Shown here piece by piece: positions 62,901 to 64,000 of a stretch of DNA of 64,000 nt. The stretch spans positions 982-64,981 of the forward strand of contig JAIRMC010000033.1 in NCBI GenBank assembly GCA_031258965.1. The letters run 5' to 3'. The number at the start of each line of letters is the position of its first letter. Within the stretch, counting starts at the first letter, position 1. The notes under the pieces were generated by a model. That model saw nothing but the letters and a program-made list of their open reading frames with translations, was not told where the DNA came from and did no database searches. Made by a program: the position numbers and the translations under genes. This DNA is from Azoarcus sp. (GTDB lineage Bacteria; Pseudomonadota; Gammaproteobacteria; Burkholderiales; Rhodocyclaceae).

Positions 62901-63277
62901 CCCAGTCCGTGGAAACGCTCCAGGCCCTGCGCGAGATGGGCATCGAAGTCGTCATCGACCGCCTGGTGCTCGAACGCGCGGCGCTGGGCAGCCTGTTCGA
63001 CTACCCGATCGACGCCATCAAGATCGACCGCTTCTTCACCGCCAGGATTGGCGAAGTCAAGGCGGACTCCATGATCGCCGCCATTGCCGGTATGGCGCGT
63101 GTCATGAACCTGCGCCTGATCGCCGAAGGGGTGGAAAACGAAACACAGTGGGAATACTTCCAGACCCTGCACTGCGAAATCATCCAGGGCTACAAGCATG
63201 CCCGCCCGATGAACGCGAAAGACACGCGCGACTATCTCGCCGGCATGGCCGCCACAAACACCAAAGCGAGAAATTAG
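59978..63277 (+). CDS. Membrane diguanylate cyclase / EAL protein: large periplasmic sensor, HAMP, GGDEF and a degenerate EAL domain
   Basis: GTG start after GGAAGGGG, two TM segments, HDPLTGLANR, DLDRFKHVND, RKTD...RLGGDEF, EVL, IKID, AEGVE and QGY motifs. Confidence 0.92.
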   Translation: MDFWLKLSVRVRLILLFIAIKVVPLIALVWIAWSQTQETAVHLGERIDELVDTANRAIHEVGDKAIEDAVNALDNRARDEIERLTTDTAIRVANFLYARDADILYAATLAPSEAAYRNFAEKQRRDLIVHGKWRLTADGADWEPEDTPPVDPYHAKPGSRDNATKFHYRPPSVMQKNNLPIYLEMTFIGLDGKETIKVTTSPALSPELKDISQRRNTYAKAETYFAALKRLKPGEIYVSDVIGAYVGSKIIGKFTPQAASARGIAFEPEKHAYAGKENPVGKRFRGIVRWATPVSRGGKIVGWVSLALNHDHLMSFTDHIVPSDKRYRDINDAFDGNYAFIWDYKGRSIVHPRHHSIVGYDENGEPEIPWLEDTVYEDFKKSGKSWREYMLTAPTFVDQLQSRKSAKALTDKGNVGLDCRWLNFAPQCVGWYNLADQGGSGSFLILWSGLYKLTTTAAIPYYTGQYSPEAAGNKRGFGIVTIGANVNDFHRAANESKERLDGIIKAANADMLASGADADHALRDDLARAASRLTVSTLILIVLVIIIAIWMASFLSKKISWLDVGFNRYRLGEKDFRFQFKYEDEITTLAASFNDMADTLNNNVAKLEKEISDRTRAEKDLRDIRDNLEEIVEERTHELSEANRQLSDEINIRRLAEEEAQYLAGHDPLTGLANRMLFNEQLQTSIGLSERSGKYGALLFFDLDRFKHVNDTLGHSTGDALLVHMATTLQSRSRKTDTVARLGGDEFAIIMTGLEKQEWAAILAQDILDKLQAPVTLAGHELAVRTSIGIATFRGEKDGKDPEEIIKNADMAMYMSKTEGGMRYRFFDAQIQDKLSAAARLEKELHIALDKRQFVPWFQPLYHTAEHRVLYLEVLARWIHPAKGTLLPGDFIETAWQCGLTQEIDTQIMSMASELAREWLTDELFDGRLSINLSPRYLEQDDFAARLRKLLDIHRLDARRLAVEISEHSLLQGSSQSVETLQALREMGIEVVIDRLVLERAALGSLFDYPIDAIKIDRFFTARIGEVKADSMIAAIAGMARVMNLRLIAEGVENETQWEYFQTLHCEIIQGYKHARPMNAKDTRDYLAGMAATNTKARN

Positions 63278-63592
63278 CGGCGGCACCGCCCTGGCCCCCG
63301 CGCCGTGCGGAGCCAACAGCATCGGCTCAGGCTGGCAAATCAATGGCTGCCGAGACGCACCAACGATCTGATCGGGTGTATCAACAAGCTGGTAAAAACT
63401 TTGTTATGCACGATCAGCCAAACTTCGATGAAGTGCCCAAAATCGGGAGTGCGAAAAGTATCAGCCATGACGCGCTGGACAAAATGGTTGTTGTCGGTTG
63501 TTGTCGCGGCGCTGGAACTGACGCGGAGCCGCTTACGCCGAATCACTCATGTTGAATTTTAGCGGCTGAGTTTTTGCGAAGGAGTGCTTACT

Positions 63593-64000
63593 GTGGCCCC
63601 TGCCGTGGAGACGCCACGACATCTTGTGCCTGGCCTCAAGGGGCGTCGTCCGCGTACCTTGGCGCAGGTCATCGAATGCGCGCAGAGATTCGGCCATTTC
63701 GATTTTTTCCTGCGGGAATTCTGCGACGAATTCTATATCGAGCAGGAAGCCGCCAAACGCGCGGCCATGCTGGAAGCTGAACCGCCCTTGAGCGATGATG
63801 AAAAGCACGATGCCTATCTTGCCGCTTCCGCCGAACACCTGGCGCGGCGTTACCATTTGCCGATTCCGGAATGGACAAATCAACCCGCGCGATTCCTGCA
63901 TCGTGCCTGGTTCCCTTGTGGCCTGGAATATCTGAAGGCCACGCTCTTGCGTGAAAGCCCCATCGCCTTCCGCCGCAGGATGATTTTCGTGGGTTGCGAC
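63593..64000 (+). CDS. Partial hypothetical protein running off the window
   Basis: GTG 8 nt after AAGGAG. Open frame MAPAVETP...FLREFCDEFY...DAYLAASAEHLA...LLRESPIAFRRRMIFV to the window end. Missed by the ORF track because it has no stop. Confidence 0.75.
   Translation, partial: MAPAVETPRHLVPGLKGRRPRTLAQVIECAQRFGHFDFFLREFCDEFYIEQEAAKRAAMLEAEPPLSDDEKHDAYLAASAEHLARRYHLPIPEWTNQPARFLHRAWFPCGLEYLKATLLRESPIAFRRRMIFVGCD

Noticed and set aside
63305-63562. 85-aa plus-strand ORF and overlapping short ORFs
   Set aside because: No RBS or motif, and overlapping alternatives in several frames; cannot be supported as a gene.

Overview
GC-rich betaproteobacterial chromosome segment, with gene content and order resembling Rhodocyclales; the taxon is an inference. 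It has three parts. (1) 1-16.7 kb, all on the minus strand: a periplasmic nitrate reductase operon (napFDAGHB, probably running into napC). Directly upstream is a three-gene signalling module: a membrane sensor with a NarX/McpN-type nitrate-binding motif fused to a CheA-like Hpt+HATPase kinase, a stand-alone CheY-like receiver and a CheX-like phosphatase. These are followed by glnD, map, pfk, adk, a conserved hypothetical gene and a CYTH gene. (2) 16.8-45.8 kb: an iron-acquisition island driven from a Fur-boxed divergent promoter (araC / MFS-ABC-ABC). A yersiniabactin-type thiazoline NRPS/PKS pair (HMWP2/HMWP1-like) and a PPTase lie in one co-oriented array with a HasR-like TonB receptor, a divergent HasA (hemophore)-like secreted protein ending in CCPCCDCGC-NDLLAA, and a complete PrtD/E/F-type type I secretion system. 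The biosynthetic genes carry two frameshifts or junctions with frame change, a KR-domain deletion and a C-terminal truncation, while all uptake and secretion genes are intact. (3) 45.9-64 kb: core genes (hslO variant lacking its Zn-binding cysteines, agcS-type symporter, ilvE, zf-CHCC, PMM/PGM, gatA/gatC without gatB, mreBCD-mrdAB-rlpA), a membrane GGDEF-EAL protein and a partial ORF at the right edge. The best candidates for a new system are the hemophore-like protein/receptor/T1SS module wired into a siderophore operon, and the nitrate sensor-CheA fusion beside nap. All protein-family assignments are motif recognition by eye; no searches were run.
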